Shown one piece after another: positions 62,711 to 64,000 of a stretch of 64,000 nucleotides of DNA (positions within the stretch are counted from its first letter, which is position 1; each line of letters begins with the position of its first letter). Source of the DNA: an uncultured Planctomycetales bacterium (GTDB taxonomy: Bacteria; Planctomycetota; SZUA-567; JAFGNG01). The notes under the pieces were generated by a model. It worked only from the letters and a program-made list of their open reading frames with translations. It searched no databases and was not told where the DNA came from. Made by a program: the position numbers and the translations under genes. The DNA lies in the NCBI GenBank assembly GCA_964577825.1, contig CAZOBJ010000001.1, positions 11,421-75,420 on the forward strand. The letters run 5' to 3'.

Positions 62711-62746
62711 TTCGCACTTCCGCACGGAACGAGTATACTCGTTCCG
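62711..62746 (+). promoter_or_regulatory. 22-bp perfect palindrome (candidate operator) overlapping a promoter-like TTCGCA-17-TATACT
   Basis: CGGAACGAGTATACTCGTTCCG (62725-62746) equals its own reverse complement. Its centre TATACT (62734-62739) lies 17 nt downstream of TTCGCA (62711-62716). Confidence 0.4.
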
Positions 62747-62824
62747 CGCGGCTCATGTGTCCGATCTGGGCGCTACTGACCGATCTTTTCGTTACTGACG
62801 GATCCGGGCGCCCGGGCGGAGCCA

Positions 62825-62853
62825 TTGACTTCCACATTTCGTGCTATTAGTAT
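62825..62853 (+). promoter_or_regulatory. putative promoter of the S24-peptidase-like gene
   Basis: TTGACT (62825-62830), a 17-nt spacer, then TAGTAT (62848-62853). It lies 30 nt upstream of ATG 62884, which is preceded by AGGAGA. Confidence 0.45.
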
Positions 62854-62883
62854 CGTTGCCGTATCAGACAGGAGAAAGGGAAC

Positions 62884-63211
62884 ATGTGCCCTCGCCCCAA
62901 GCCGTCAAACCGCCCCCTCGCAACTTTCAACTGCCGTCAACTGGAGTTCAACTCCGCCTTCTGTGCGCAGGCCGGGTTTGAGGAACGGTGTGTGGAGTAC
63001 GCCACGCCGTCCCTGGGTGAGACCAGCCCGGGACGGAGACATCGTCGTGGTTGAGACATGGGACGGGCGGATCCTGACCAAGCGGTTCTACCGGCGGGGG
63101 GGCAACGTCACACTGACGTCCGTCAACCCCGTGGATCGCCAGGAGCCGATCCACCTCAAGTCGAAGCAGGTCAAGGAAGTTCGCGTCGTGGTGGGAGCGC
63201 TCTTCGAGTAG
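62884..63211 (+). pseudogene. stand-alone S24 (LexA/UmuD-type) peptidase domain gene, apparently frameshifted
   Basis: ATG 62884 opens a 56-aa frame (…AQAGFEERCVEYATPSLGETSPG…) that stops at 63052-63054. The overlapping ORF 62825..63211 supplies the typical S24 C-terminus (RDGDIVVVETWDGRILTKRFYRRGGNVTLTSVNP...VVGALFE). The two join at the CCCGGG run, 63027-63032. Confidence 0.45.
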
Positions 63212-63242
63212 AGAAACGTCGCTCTAACTGGAGGGAAGGGCT

Positions 63243-64000
63243 ATGCTAGGCCGATGGGCATGCGTATGTATGATGGTCGTGGTCTTCGGTTCCGTCGCTG
63301 CAAAGCGTGTGCGGAGTGCTGAGGAAGGGACGGCGTCCGTGGAGGAGCTGAAAGCGCAAGTCGCGCAACTTGAGGCACGGGTCGCCGAACTGGAGACTGC
63401 GGTGGCAAAGGCCGAGGAGGAGGCCAAGGAGGTTCGTAAGCGCAACGGGGGGTTGCTCCTGGAAGTCCGGCGCCTCGGAAGGCTTTGTCGAGAAGCAGGC
63501 GTACAGACCGAGGAGAAGAAGCAACCGGCGCCCAGACCTCCAGCCCAAGAGGACTCTACCTCGCCAGACAAATCGCCATGGGATGGCTTCCGGGGCCTGA
63601 AATGGGGACAGCAGCTCGACCAATGCAAGGGCATGGGCCTGTGGCTGTCCGACAAGGATAGCCCACTATTGTCCAAGAGCGATAGCAGACTATACCATCG
63701 CGGGGAGCAGATGTCCATTGGCAATGCCAAACTCACCAGGGTGCTATATGGTTTCTATAGGGGTAAGTTCTATAGGTACGTGGTGATCACTAGTGGCTAC
63801 AGCAATTTCACTGCCCTGAAGTTGGCGGTCGAAGCGCGCTATGGCCGCGGCAAGCAGGAGAATGAGACCATCGATGAGTGGCGCTGGACCGGCAATACCA
63901 GCAGCGGCCAGATGATCGTCATGACGCTGGAATACAACGAGTTCGACGAAGAAGCTCTCTGGTATGCGTTACATGTGCCGACCCTCCAACAGGAACGGCG
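63243..64000 (+). CDS. secreted coiled-coil protein, function unknown (partial, runs off window end)
   Basis: This feature is absent from the ORF track because it has no stop inside the window. ATG 63243 follows GGAGGG, and I read the frame as open to base 64000. It has a signal-like N-terminus (MLGRWACVCMMVVVFGSVAA), a coiled coil (VEELKAQVAQLEARVAELETAVAKAEEEAKE), a Pro-rich linker, and then a globular domain (RVLYGFYRGKFYRYVVI...). Confidence 0.6.
   Translation, partial: MLGRWACVCMMVVVFGSVAAKRVRSAEEGTASVEELKAQVAQLEARVAELETAVAKAEEEAKEVRKRNGGLLLEVRRLGRLCREAGVQTEEKKQPAPRPPAQEDSTSPDKSPWDGFRGLKWGQQLDQCKGMGLWLSDKDSPLLSKSDSRLYHRGEQMSIGNAKLTRVLYGFYRGKFYRYVVITSGYSNFTALKLAVEARYGRGKQENETIDEWRWTGNTSSGQMIVMTLEYNEFDEEALWYALHVPTLQQER

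Noticed and set aside
62353-62850. Five overlapping 62-113-aa ORFs on both strands in the 62.35-62.85 kb gap
   Set aside because: They overlap each other and translate to low-complexity strings driven by the pyrimidine tract and 9-mer repeats. They have no SD or start context. I treat the region as non-coding.

Overview
This is a densely coding, high-G+C bacterial chromosomal window (about two-thirds G+C by eye). I call about 60 protein genes across both strands and found no rRNA, tRNA or CRISPR array. All functional calls come from reading the supplied translations and recognising family motifs from memory; nothing was searched or computed. Most of the window is housekeeping: trmO, purH, efp, pheA, tpiA-secG, yicC-gmk-rpoZ-coaC-dut, aconitase-icd, pilT and waaA. 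It also holds carbohydrate and sugar-acid metabolism: GH42 beta-galactosidase, a GH130-AKR-UroD-like operon, and a dgoD/eda/kdgK/enolase-superfamily cluster. Envelope functions are present too. The gene content (sulfatase, GH families, a Ser/Thr kinase, many lipoproteins) suggests a PVC/Planctomycetota-like organism, but this is inference only. Because stop codons are rare at this G+C, the ORF track contains many long antisense ORFs, which I rejected. I did not find a clear, complete novel system such as a defence island. The observations most worth a second look are listed below.

- A 129-bp MITE-like insertion with TA duplication splits a methyltransferase gene (44.87-45.00 kb).
- Two gene remnants lie nearby or elsewhere: a 5'-truncated sulfatase, and a 33-codon SDR N-terminus fused onto the dgoD start.
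- A three-gene lipoprotein operon has two LPP20-like paralogues plus a CsgG/LpoB-like protein with a glycine-zipper tail.
- A tandem nucleoside-diphosphate-kinase-like protein has a split second domain.
- The last ~2 kb (62.1-64.0 kb) is atypical. It has low G+C, an 82-nt A-free tract, short tandem repeats, a 22-bp perfect palindrome over a -10-like hexamer, an orphan intrinsic terminator, a frameshifted S24 peptidase gene, and an open-ended secreted coiled-coil protein that is missing from the ORF track.
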